Under the pieces are notes generated by a model. The model saw nothing but the letters and a program-made list of their open reading frames with translations. It searched no databases and was not told the DNA's origin. From positions 125,108-189,107 of the forward strand of contig JBAPQW010000053.1 of assembly GCA_049280815.1 (NCBI GenBank): 64,000 bases of DNA, read 5' to 3'. The position numbers were made by a program, and so were the translations under genes. Positions 46,218 to 54,607 of the stretch are shown piece by piece (the stretch's first letter is position 1; every line of letters starts with the position of its first letter). The stretch comes from Verrucomicrobiia bacterium (lineage in GTDB: Bacteria > Verrucomicrobiota > Verrucomicrobiia > Limisphaerales > UBA11358).

Positions 46218-47021
46218 ATGAAATCAGTGCCGTTAAAAGCGTATCCCCGGACGCAGTCGCGTCGGAACGGGGCCAGGAAATTGCGTGCTGCCGGGCGTGT
46301 CCCCGCCGTCATTTATGGCCGGCAGGACAAACCGCAAAACCTCGAGATCAGCGCCAAGGAACTTGGCGACCTCATCCACCGTTCCGTTTCGGAAAACCTG
46401 CTGGTGGACCTGTCCGTCGAAAACGATGCGCGGTCCAGGCGCCTCGTGCTGGTCCAGGAAATCCAGCACCACCCGCTGGGCGGCGACGTGCTTCATGTGG
46501 ACTTCCACGAAGTGACCGAGAACGAGAAGGTTGTCATTTTGGTGCCCTTGGAAACCGCCGGCGAAGCGGCGGGCGTTAAAAACAGCGGCGGGGTGCTCGA
46601 ACACGTGGTGTTCAAAGTGAAGGTGCGCGCCCTGCCCAAGGATTTGCCGGAGCAACTGATCGTGGACGTCACCAACCTCGAACTCGGCAAATCCATCCAC
46701 CTCGGCGACATCAAGCCGCCCGAGGGGGTCGAGATAATCGGCGACAAACATATTTCGGTCATCTCCGTCGCCCTGCCGCGAACGGAGGAAGAGGAAGCGA
46801 CAGCCGTGGTGGAGGGTGAGGCGGCCGCTGGCGATGTCGAAATGATCAAGGAAAAGAAGGAAGATGGCGAAGAAGGTGCGGCCCCGGCCAAGGGCGAGAA
46901 GGGTGCCGCCAAGCCCGGCGAAAAAGCGCCGGCGAAGGGCGCCGAGAAGGGCGCTGCCGCAGCCGCGGAGAAGGGTGCCGCCAAGCCCGGCGAAAAAGCG
47001 CCGGCGGAGAAAAAGAAGTAA
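46218..47021 (+). CDS. rplY: 50S ribosomal protein L25/Ctc with a K/A/E/G-rich tail
   Basis: 267 aa with an L25/Ctc N-terminal domain (RKLRAAGRVPAVIYG) plus a beta-barrel domain. The C-terminal roughly 60 aa are low-complexity (EKGAAKPGEKAPA repeated). Confidence 0.9.
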   Translation: MKSVPLKAYPRTQSRRNGARKLRAAGRVPAVIYGRQDKPQNLEISAKELGDLIHRSVSENLLVDLSVENDARSRRLVLVQEIQHHPLGGDVLHVDFHEVTENEKVVILVPLETAGEAAGVKNSGGVLEHVVFKVKVRALPKDLPEQLIVDVTNLELGKSIHLGDIKPPEGVEIIGDKHISVISVALPRTEEEEATAVVEGEAAAGDVEMIKEKKEDGEEGAAPAKGEKGAAKPGEKAPAKGAEKGAAAAAEKGAAKPGEKAPAEKKK

Positions 47022-47063
47022 TTTTGCCGGCGATCGACGAGGGTCGCCGCCCCCGCGCCGCGC

Positions 47064-47669
47064 ATGGAGAATTTGCATCTCATCGTGGGTTTGGGCAATC
47101 CCGGCGCGGAGTACGCGAAGACACGCCACAATGCCGGCTTCACGCTGGTTGAGATGCTGGCGGTCCGCTGGCAGGCAGACTGGGCGAACGAATGCAGGTT
47201 CAATGCCCGTGTCGCGCGTGCCGAACGCAACGGCTTGCGCGTTTTGCTCTGCCAGCCGCAGACGTTCATGAATTTGAGCGGCGAGGCGGTCGGTGCCATA
47301 AAGAATTTTTACCAGCTGCCGCTGGCCGGGCTGGTGGTGGTGGTGGACGACGCGGATTTGCCGTTGGGCGAGATTCGCCTTCGGGCGGCTGGTGGCAGCG
47401 GAGGCCATCACGGGCTTGAGTCCATCGGGCAACATCTGGGTTCGGGCGAATTTGCGCGGCTGCGGCTCGGCATCGGCCGGGCGGATGGCGCGCGGGAAAT
47501 CACGGACCATGTGCTCGGACGGTTTGACGCGGTCGAGGCCGCGCTGATGGAAAAGGTTTTTGGCCGCGCCGCCGACCAGATGGAATGCTGGCTGGCGGCC
47601 GGAATTGAGAAAGCAATGAACCGGTTTAATGGAGTCGTGGACTCCGCCAACGAAGAAAAAAAATCGTGA
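47064..47669 (+). CDS. pth: peptidyl-tRNA hydrolase
   Basis: 201 aa with LIVGLGNPGAEYAKTRHNAGF, in the conserved prs-ctc-pth order. Confidence 0.95.
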   Translation: MENLHLIVGLGNPGAEYAKTRHNAGFTLVEMLAVRWQADWANECRFNARVARAERNGLRVLLCQPQTFMNLSGEAVGAIKNFYQLPLAGLVVVVDDADLPLGEIRLRAAGGSGGHHGLESIGQHLGSGEFARLRLGIGRADGAREITDHVLGRFDAVEAALMEKVFGRAADQMECWLAAGIEKAMNRFNGVVDSANEEKKS

Positions 47670-47971
47670 AACGATACGAAGGTCTGTTCATCCTGAATAC
47701 GGCGGGCAAGGAAGAGAGCGTCAAGGACGCCCTCGACAAAATTTCCGCGGAAATCGAGGCGGCGGGCGGCAAGGTCGAGACCGTGCAAAAGATGGACAAA
47801 AAGAGCTTTGCGCGCGTGGCGGACAAAAAGCACAACGCCGGCTTTTACGCGAATGTGATTTTCACCGGCTCGTCAACCATCATCTCGCAGTTGCGCGCCA
47901 AGTTTGCGCTGAACGAGGAAGTGTTCCGCGTGCTGTTCACCTCCGCCCCTGAACCCAAACCCGCCAAGTAA
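47666..47971 (+). CDS. rpsF: 30S ribosomal protein S6
   Basis: 101 aa with a GTG start overlapping the pth stop. MKRYEGLFIL is a typical S6 start. Confidence 0.9.
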   Translation: MKRYEGLFILNTAGKEESVKDALDKISAEIEAAGGKVETVQKMDKKSFARVADKKHNAGFYANVIFTGSSTIISQLRAKFALNEEVFRVLFTSAPEPKPAK

Positions 47972-47985
47972 CGAAAGGTTCCGCC

Positions 47986-48444
47986 ATGGCCAGCTTCAAT
48001 AAAGTCATCCTCGCCGGCAATTTGACCCGCGATCCGGAGTTGCGCTACACGTCCAAGGGCACGGCCGTCGCCCGCATCGGGCTGGCCTGCAACCGCAAGT
48101 GGAAGAGCGAAACCGGCGAGATGAAGGAAGAGGTCACCTTTGTGGACGTGGACGCGTTTGGCCGTACGGCCGAAACCATCGGCCAATACTTGAAAAAAGG
48201 CCGCCCCATTTTGATCGAAGGCCGCCTGCGCTACGAAACCTGGGAAGACAAGCAGACCAAACAAAAGAAAAGCAAACTCGGGGTGGTGCTGGAAAATTTC
48301 CAATTTCTTGATTCCGGCGGCGGCCGGGGTGAGAGTGGTCCCGCCGAAACTCCAGCTACGCGGCCCGCTGCCACGGCTTCAGCCCCGGCGCCCGAAGGCG
48401 GCGAAGCGGACGGCCCCCCGGAAGGCGACGACGTTCCCTTTTGA
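47986..48444 (+). CDS. ssb: single-stranded DNA-binding protein
   Basis: 152 aa with an OB fold (NKVILAGNLTRDPELRYT), a Gly/Pro-rich linker and the acidic tip DDVPF. Confidence 0.95.
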   Translation: MASFNKVILAGNLTRDPELRYTSKGTAVARIGLACNRKWKSETGEMKEEVTFVDVDAFGRTAETIGQYLKKGRPILIEGRLRYETWEDKQTKQKKSKLGVVLENFQFLDSGGGRGESGPAETPATRPAATASAPAPEGGEADGPPEGDDVPF

Positions 48445-48506
48445 TCTCAAGTTTGGGAGATGCTCGATCTCTCAGCCATCAACTCGCAACTCTCAACCAT
48501 TTTCAT

Positions 48507-49208
48507 ATGCCAAAGACTGAAGTCATCCTCACGCACAACATCGTCGGCCTTGGCGCCGAATCCGACCAGGTGAAGGTCGCCGCCGGTTACGCGCGCAACT
48601 ATCTGTTTCCGCAACGCCTGGCTGTTCCGCTCACGCAGGCCAACAAACGGCAGATCGAGGCCTTGCGCCAGCGCCGGGCCGACCGTGAAGCGCACGAGTT
48701 CAACACCATGAGCGAGCTCGCCAAGGGCGTGGCCAAACTGATTTGCCTCATCAAAGTCAAGGCGGGCGAGGACGGCAAGATGTTCGGCTCGGTGACGGCC
48801 GGGGTGATCGCCGACGAATTGAAGCACCAGTTCGACATCCTGCTCGACCGGCGGAAGATCCACCTCGAGCATCCGATTCGCGCGCTGGGCGACCACGAAA
48901 TCGAATTGCACCTCCATGCCGAGGTAAAGGGCACCCTGAAGGTACGGGTTGAGAGTCTCACGCCGGTTGTCGCCCCGGCAACGGCTGCGGCGGACGCCAA
49001 GCCCCGGACTGAAAAGCGCGGCCGGCATGCTGAAGGTGAAAAGACCGGAAAACCTGAAGCCGCCGAAACCAAAACCAAGGGTGAGAAACACGCCAAAATT
49101 GAAAAAGCCGAAGCCGTTGAGACCAAACCCAAAGCCGAGAAACACGTAAAAGCGGAGAAGGCACCCAAGGCGCCGAAAGCCGAGAAGAAAGAAAAGAAGG
49201 CCGAATAG
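48507..49208 (+). CDS. rplI: 50S ribosomal protein L9 with a Lys-rich tail
   Basis: 233 aa from the ATG at 48507 (MPKTEVILTHNIVGLGAESDQVKVAAGYARNYLFP). The C-terminal roughly 85 aa form a K/E/A/P-rich extension. Confidence 0.9.
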   Translation: MPKTEVILTHNIVGLGAESDQVKVAAGYARNYLFPQRLAVPLTQANKRQIEALRQRRADREAHEFNTMSELAKGVAKLICLIKVKAGEDGKMFGSVTAGVIADELKHQFDILLDRRKIHLEHPIRALGDHEIELHLHAEVKGTLKVRVESLTPVVAPATAAADAKPRTEKRGRHAEGEKTGKPEAAETKTKGEKHAKIEKAEAVETKPKAEKHVKAEKAPKAPKAEKKEKKAE

Positions 49209-49237
49209 TCCGGTAACGCATCAATCTGTTTTTAACC

Positions 49238-49268
49238 AGCCGCGGAAATTTTCCGCGGCTTTTTTGTT
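49238..49268 (+). terminator. intrinsic terminator after rplI
   Basis: Perfect 10-bp stem AGCCGCGGAA-ATT-TTCCGCGGCT followed by TTTTTGTT. Confidence 0.85.
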
Positions 49269-49323
49269 GCACGAAATTCTTTGACCGGCGGCAGCCGCTC
49301 TGTTTTGCTGCGCGGCGGCAGCA

Positions 49324-50790
49324 ATGATTCCAGCATACCTGTATCCGGCCACGATTGCATTTTGTCTGGTGGCGATTGTCGTCGTCTATTTCTTCAATAA
49401 TCCCATGCGGCATGGACGCTGGTTCATGATGCGCCGCTTCATCAACTGGTTCCCGCTGGGGATGACTTACGCATTTTTGTGCATGGGGCGCTACAACCTG
49501 ATTGTCGCCAAGAGCGCCCTGGGAACGTTGATGTCCAAGGGAGACCTCGGAATCATTTTCGGGGTGGGTACGTGGGTTTACGCGCTGTCGTTTCTGGTCA
49601 ACGGCCCGCTCATTGACAAAAAGCTGGGCGGGAAGCGCGGGATGATCATTTCCGCCCTCGGCGCCTCGCTGGCGAACGTCGCCCTCGGCGTGCTGACCTG
49701 GCTGATTGTCGCCAAAAACCTGAAGGTGAACCTCGTCGCCAGTTTTTCGGTCCTTTATGCGATCAACATGTATTTCCAGAGCTTCGGCTCCATGTCCATC
49801 ATCAAGGTCAAGGCGTATTGGTTTCACGTGCGCGAACGCGGCGTTTTCGGCGCCATTTTCGGGTCGCTGATTTCGATCGGCGTCTATTTTGCATTTGATT
49901 GGGGAGGCGCCATCATTGACCAGACGAAGGCGGATGCCTCCGGCTTGCTGCATACGGTATTTGCGCCCGCCGGCCCGCCCTTGGATGCGACCTGGGCGGT
50001 GTTTTACATTCCGGCGGCCATTTTGCTCGTCTGGGTTCTGCTGGATTGGTGGCTCATCAAGGATTCGCCGGAGGAGGCGGGACTGCCGCACTTCGACACC
50101 CACGACGCCTCGTCCGGCCAGATGCACATTGAACTGACCGTGTTTGACCTGCTGAAAAGGGTTTTCACCAGCCGGCTGATGCTGTTGATTGCCTGCGTCG
50201 AGCTGACGGGCGGGGTTTTTCGTTACAGCATGACCCAGTGGTATTCCATTTTTGCCGCTGAAGTGAAACAGCCCGGCGCCGAATTTTTCTCGCAGCATTG
50301 GGGCTGGTACACCTGCGTGTTCGGGATTGTCGGCGGATTTTCCGGCGGCTTGATTTCCGACAAGCTGTTCCAATCCCGCCGCGGACCGCCCGCCGCCTTG
50401 CTGTGCGGCTTCGTCCTGATCATGGCGGTGCTGATGTCCCTGTGCCTGTTTTCCCAGCCCGTGGTGGTGGGCTGGGCGGCGGTGTTCATCGTCATGGCCT
50501 CCATTGGCATCACGTCCCTGATGTCCGGCACCGCGGCAACGGATTTCGGCGGACGCAAGGCGACGGCGACCAGCATGGGCATCGTGAACGGCTTTGCCTA
50601 TGTCGGCAGCGGCATTCAATCCTTCAGCCTCGGCTTTTTATTGGCAAACAAGGGGGGAAGCTGGCAATGGTTGCCGGTTTTTGTAATTCCCTTCGCCATC
50701 ATCGGAACATTTATTGCCATCAAAATCTGGCATGACCTGCCCGCCGCCACCCGCAAATACATCGACGATGTTGAGCAAAAAAGGGCCTAA
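49324..50790 (+). CDS. MFS transporter (organophosphate/anion-antiporter-like)
   Basis: 488 aa with about 12 TM segments and MFS-like loops (GPLIDKKLGGKRG, SDKLFQSRRGP). The substrate is not inferable. Confidence 0.8.
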   Translation: MIPAYLYPATIAFCLVAIVVVYFFNNPMRHGRWFMMRRFINWFPLGMTYAFLCMGRYNLIVAKSALGTLMSKGDLGIIFGVGTWVYALSFLVNGPLIDKKLGGKRGMIISALGASLANVALGVLTWLIVAKNLKVNLVASFSVLYAINMYFQSFGSMSIIKVKAYWFHVRERGVFGAIFGSLISIGVYFAFDWGGAIIDQTKADASGLLHTVFAPAGPPLDATWAVFYIPAAILLVWVLLDWWLIKDSPEEAGLPHFDTHDASSGQMHIELTVFDLLKRVFTSRLMLLIACVELTGGVFRYSMTQWYSIFAAEVKQPGAEFFSQHWGWYTCVFGIVGGFSGGLISDKLFQSRRGPPAALLCGFVLIMAVLMSLCLFSQPVVVGWAAVFIVMASIGITSLMSGTAATDFGGRKATATSMGIVNGFAYVGSGIQSFSLGFLLANKGGSWQWLPVFVIPFAIIGTFIAIKIWHDLPAATRKYIDDVEQKRA

Positions 50791-50807
50791 ACCGGCCAAA
50801 ACAGGGC

Positions 50808-50836
50808 TTGACCGCTGTGCCTCAGGGATTTAAACT
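50808..50836 (+). promoter_or_regulatory. candidate promoter of the ilvB leader
   Basis: TTGACC (50808-50813), 17 nt, TAAACT (50831-50836). The predicted TSS is 1-3 nt before the leader ATG. Confidence 0.45.
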
Positions 50837-50845
50837 GAAACCGCA

Positions 50846-50917
50846 ATGTTGAAAAATGCCATCCAAGTCGTCACACTGGTCGTCGTCGTAGTTAGCGACG
50901 CCGTTGGCGCTTGTTGA
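50846..50917 (+). CDS. Val-rich leader peptide of ilvB (attenuation leader)
   Basis: 23 codons encoding MLKNAIQVVTLVVVVVSDAVGAC. There are 8 Val (5 consecutive at 50879-50893) plus Ile and 2 Leu. It lies immediately upstream of a terminator hairpin and ilvB. Confidence 0.6.
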   Translation: MLKNAIQVVTLVVVVVSDAVGAC

Positions 50918-50937
50918 ATGGTACAATTTAACAAGAA

Positions 50938-50972
50938 CCCACGGCTGCAAAACGGCTGTGGGTTTTTTGTTT
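50938..50972 (+). terminator. attenuator/terminator hairpin upstream of ilvB
   Basis: CCCACGGCTG-CAAAA-CGGCTGTGGG (10 bp, 2 G-U pairs) followed by TTTTTTGTTT. It lies 20 nt after the leader stop and 35 nt before the ilvB ATG. Confidence 0.8.
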
Positions 50973-51006
50973 AAGCCCGCGCCGGCGGCCGCAACCGAAA
51001 GAGCCC

Positions 51007-52929
51007 ATGAGCAAGACAACTGAAATCGCTGGATCCGCCTCCGCCGCAAAAACGGCTTCGGCGCGACGAGACAAAAAAACCAACGCCGCGCGTGCCGAGG
51101 TAGGCCCGACCATGCCCGGACGCGACATCCTGGTCGAAGCTCTCGAACGCGAAGGCGTGGAAGTCATTTTCGCCTATCCCGGCGGGGCGAGCATGGAAAT
51201 CCACCAGTCGCTGACAAAATCTAAAATCCGCACCATCCTGCCGCGCCATGAACAAGGCGGCAGTTTTGCGGCGGAGGGTTACGCCCGGGCGACCGGCAAG
51301 GCCGGCGTCTGCATGAGCACCAGCGGTCCCGGCGCGACGAACCTCGTCACCGCCATCGCCGATGCCTACCTCGATTCCTGCCCGCTCATCGCCATCACCG
51401 GCCAGGTCAACCAGAACATGATCGGCCGCGGCGCGTTCCAGGAGACCGACATCATCGGGGTGACGCTGCCCATCGTGAAGCACAGCTATCTGGTCACGGA
51501 CGTGAATGACATTCCGCGCATCGTGAAGGAGGCGTTTTACATCGCGCAATCCGGACGTCCCGGTCCGGTGGTGATTGACGTGCCGAAAAACATCCAGCAG
51601 GCCAAAACCCAGCCGGTGTGGCCAACGCTCGAACAGGTCAAGAAAGGCCTGCGTGGCTACAACCAGCCCGATCTGCGCGCCGATGAAGTGGCCTTGAATG
51701 AAATCATGGGCCTGATCGAAAAAGCCGAGCGCCCGGTGATTTATTGCGGCGGGGGCATCATCAGCAGCGGCGCGGCGGCGGAACTGAAAAAGTTTGCCGA
51801 AGCGACGAACATTCCCGTGACCACCACGATCATGGGCATCGGCGGCTTTCCGGAAACGCATCCGCTGTCGATGCGCTGGCTCGGGATGCACGGCGCGGCC
51901 TACGCGAACTGGGCCGTCAGCGGCGAATACAAACAGCGCCTCGATCCCAACGAGCCGATGGTGAAGCTCAAGGACGGCGCCGATTTGCTGCTCGCGTTCG
52001 GGGTGCGATTCGACGATCGCGTGACCGGCAAGTTCGAGGAGTTTTGCAAATACGGCACGATCGTCCACCTGGACATTGACGCGTCCGAGTTGAACAAAAA
52101 CCGGCGGGCCAACCTGGCCGTGGTGGGGGACATCAAGGACGCCCTGACGCGGCTCAACGCGATGCTTGCCAAGCGTCCGCTCAATAAAAAGCACACCCCG
52201 TGGCTTGATCAAATTGAGGAATGGAAGAAGAAGGCCCCGTTTGCCTACGCCATCACCCAGGAAATCGCCGGCAGCGACCACATGAAGGACCATCTCAACG
52301 GCCAGCAAGACCAGATCATTCTGCAGCAGATGGTGGTCGAGGCGCTGTACGAATTGAGCAAGGGCGAAGCCATCATCACCACCGGCGTGGGCCAGCACCA
52401 GATGTGGGCCGGCCAGTGGTACAAGTACAAATATCCGCGCCAGTTCATCACCAGCGGCGGGCTGGGTTCCATGGGCTACGGCTATCCCGCCGCGCTCGGT
52501 GTCAAGATCGCGCATCCGGACAAGGAAGTGGTGGACATTGACGGTGACGGTTCATTCCTGATGAACATCCAGGAACTGGCCACCGCGCACGTCGAGAAAA
52601 TCAACGCCAAGGCCATCATCCTGAACAACCAGCACCTCGGCATGGTGGTGCAATGGGAGGACAAGTTTTATGCCGGCAACCGCGGCCACACTTACCTCGG
52701 CGATCCGGACCATCGCGCGGAGATTTATCCAGACTACGTGCGTGTCTGCAATTCCTTCAACGTGAAGTGCGAGCGGGTGATGTTCAAAAAGGACCTGCGC
52801 CCCGCCATCCAGCGGATGCTGGACGCAAAGGAACCGTATGTGCTCGACGTGGTGGTGCCCTACACCGAACACGTGCTGCCCTTCGTGCCGGCCAACCGCA
52901 CCGTGGCCGACATGATTTGGAAGGCCTAA
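51007..52929 (+). CDS. ilvB: acetolactate synthase (AHAS) large subunit
   Basis: 640 aa with TPP-enzyme motifs (GGLGSMGYGYPAALG, IDGDGSFLMN) and FAD and N-terminal Pyr domains. An alternative in-frame start at 51112 (MPGRDILVEAL) is possible. Confidence 0.95.
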   Translation: MSKTTEIAGSASAAKTASARRDKKTNAARAEVGPTMPGRDILVEALEREGVEVIFAYPGGASMEIHQSLTKSKIRTILPRHEQGGSFAAEGYARATGKAGVCMSTSGPGATNLVTAIADAYLDSCPLIAITGQVNQNMIGRGAFQETDIIGVTLPIVKHSYLVTDVNDIPRIVKEAFYIAQSGRPGPVVIDVPKNIQQAKTQPVWPTLEQVKKGLRGYNQPDLRADEVALNEIMGLIEKAERPVIYCGGGIISSGAAAELKKFAEATNIPVTTTIMGIGGFPETHPLSMRWLGMHGAAYANWAVSGEYKQRLDPNEPMVKLKDGADLLLAFGVRFDDRVTGKFEEFCKYGTIVHLDIDASELNKNRRANLAVVGDIKDALTRLNAMLAKRPLNKKHTPWLDQIEEWKKKAPFAYAITQEIAGSDHMKDHLNGQQDQIILQQMVVEALYELSKGEAIITTGVGQHQMWAGQWYKYKYPRQFITSGGLGSMGYGYPAALGVKIAHPDKEVVDIDGDGSFLMNIQELATAHVEKINAKAIILNNQHLGMVVQWEDKFYAGNRGHTYLGDPDHRAEIYPDYVRVCNSFNVKCERVMFKKDLRPAIQRMLDAKEPYVLDVVVPYTEHVLPFVPANRTVADMIWKA

Positions 52930-52951
52930 ACCATACCGGGGAAAATTCAAC

Positions 52952-52986
52952 CGGCCGGGTGAATGTTTTTCATCCGGCCGTTTTTT
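52952..52986 (+). terminator. intrinsic terminator after ilvB
   Basis: CGGCCGG-15 nt loop-CCGGCCG followed by TTTTTTG, 23 nt after the stop. Confidence 0.7.
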
Positions 52987-53363
52987 GTACCGACCTCAAC
53001 CCCAGGCGCCCTGGTCACCCGGTAGTATATCCGGATCGAGCTCCTTCAGGATTTTCTCGACACCACGGCGAGCCGCTGAAATTTTCTAGCGCCCAATCCC
53101 TTTTCCGCGCGCTTGGATTCAGCCCATTGTTCCACCGACGGCCTGTCCCCAGGGTTTTGTTTGGCGATGCCGCGAAAGGCATCGATCTGTTTGTGAACAT
53201 CGGCACGGGTAAGCTTTTTGGTGCTGGCCATCCCGTGATGCTGCCACAGACCCTGGCGGGGAGCGAGCCCAAACAAATCGTCCCTTGCCGAAAGTCGAAT
53301 GAGGGATAAAATTTTAGCCAATCCCGGCTCGGAACCCAAACCAGCCTGCGGCATCCTGGAATC

Positions 53364-53555
53364 ATGGCAACCATCAAACATAATCTTACCATCGCCGCAT
53401 CCATGGAAAAAGTTTATGCCGCCGTGACCACGATGGAGGGCTTGAGCGGCTGGCGGAAGGCGTCTGATTTTTACGGCCTGTGCAATTTTCATTGGGGCCG
53501 GTTCATGGTCAGCCTCAGTCCCTGTGCGAAAACGGCAAGGGCGAGCCACAGGTGA
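53364..53555 (+). pseudogene. possible truncated SRPBCC/AHSA1-like gene fragment
   Basis: The 63-aa ORF has an N-terminus (IKHNLTIAASMEKVYAAVTTMEGLSGW) resembling the start of SRPBCC-family proteins. It diverges and stops after about 60 codons, whereas family members are normally about 140-160 aa. Confidence 0.3.
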
Positions 53556-53684
53556 TGGGTTGACGGTCGGTGAGGATGGACGCTTCCGCGGTGAGCAACC
53601 CCGAAATGAACCGGGGGATGATGCGCGGCGCGGATTTGACTTCTAATTCTTAAAAACCCGAATAATCTGCGGGCAAATAAAACC

Positions 53685-54122
53685 ATGGATCTTTCCATCG
53701 AGCATATTGCCGTTCCTGCTGCCAACCCCGCGGCCCTGAGAGACTGGTATGTACGCGTGTTGGGGGCGCGACCGGTCTGGGACAACGGCGAGAACCCGCC
53801 AGTCTGCCTCATCGCGCTATCCGGGGCCTGGCTGGAGATTTACGCGGCGGAGGCGCCCCTGCCCGAACGCGGCAACAACAAGCTGGCCGGGTGGCGGCAT
53901 GTGGCGTTGCGGGTGGATTCCCTGGACGCGGCAAAGGCTGAATTGAGCCAACGCGGCGTGAAGTTTGATGGAACCACCCGGCCGGCGGCGGGCGGGGGAA
54001 AGGTTTTGTTCTTCGAGGATGGCGAAGGCAACCTGCTGCATTTGGTGGAGCGGCCGAAGGATTCAGTGCTCGGCAGTTTGCAGGAGCCGGGGGTGCCGGG
54101 GCTCAAATCGTCGTTGGGCTGA
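53685..54122 (+). CDS. VOC (glyoxalase/bleomycin-resistance/dioxygenase) family protein
   Basis: 145 aa with the typical VOC pattern (IEHIAVPAANP, HVALRVDSLDAAKAEL, GVKF, FFEDGEGNLLHL). Confidence 0.8.
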   Translation: MDLSIEHIAVPAANPAALRDWYVRVLGARPVWDNGENPPVCLIALSGAWLEIYAAEAPLPERGNNKLAGWRHVALRVDSLDAAKAELSQRGVKFDGTTRPAAGGGKVLFFEDGEGNLLHLVERPKDSVLGSLQEPGVPGLKSSLG

Positions 54123-54131
54123 AGCAGAACA

Positions 54132-54151
54132 AGCCTCCTTACGTCGGCCCC
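54132..54151. repeat. REP-like family B, single copy
   Basis: AGCCTCCTTACGTCGGCCCC, nearly identical to the arms at 27647-27708. It contains the uspA stop codon (54139-54141, minus strand). Confidence 0.6.
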
Positions 54152-54579
54152 TGCTTTTTTGGCGCGCGGACGACGAGGATCGGAATTGAAGTTCTGTGCC
54201 GGACCTGGGTGATGGTGCTGCCATGAAAAATGTCACCGAACAAACGATGGCCATGGCCCGCCATCGCGATCAAATCACAACCTTCGCCCTCCGCAACCTT
54301 GATGATTTCCGTCGGCGGGTCGCCGAGCGCCAGCATGGTTTCAACGGAAAATCCGTCGCTGTGGAGCTGGCCGGCGACTTTTTCCAGATACTCGCGGTCG
54401 TTTTTCATTTCCTCGGACTCGGCCAGCTCGAGCTGGTTGAAATTGCGCGCCACCCAGCCGTCGGCGACGTGCAGCAGCAACAACTTCGCCTTCGTCAGGC
54501 GGACGAACGGCTTGAAGTGGTCAAGAATGACCTGGTCGGTGGCGCTGTTTTCGAGGGCGATAAGGATCTTTTTGTACAT
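54139..54579 (-). CDS. uspA: universal stress protein (UspA family)
   Basis: 146 aa from the ATG at 54579 (MYKKILIALENS). It has the ATP-binding-type motif GHGHRLFGDIFHGST. It lies 28 nt downstream of mntH. Confidence 0.85.
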   Translation of the reverse strand: MYKKILIALENSATDQVILDHFKPFVRLTKAKLLLLHVADGWVARNFNQLELAESEEMKNDREYLEKVAGQLHSDGFSVETMLALGDPPTEIIKVAEGEGCDLIAMAGHGHRLFGDIFHGSTITQVRHRTSIPILVVRAPKKQGPT

Positions 54580-54607
54580 GGGATTCGGATTCAGGTTCTG
54601 GTTTGCC

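Noticed and set aside
45195-52515. Long minus-strand ORFs (288, 425, 553 and 514 aa) opposite prs, rplY-pth, the MFS gene and ilvB
   Set aside because: Each lies antisense to a gene with strong family signatures. Their sequences are Arg/Gly/His-rich without motifs.
53046-53549. 167-aa minus-strand ORF (and the 129-aa ORF at 53015-53404)
   Set aside because: Composition is implausible over most of the length and no motifs are recognised. Only the last 61 codons look protein-like, and these are mentioned as an open question rather than annotated.
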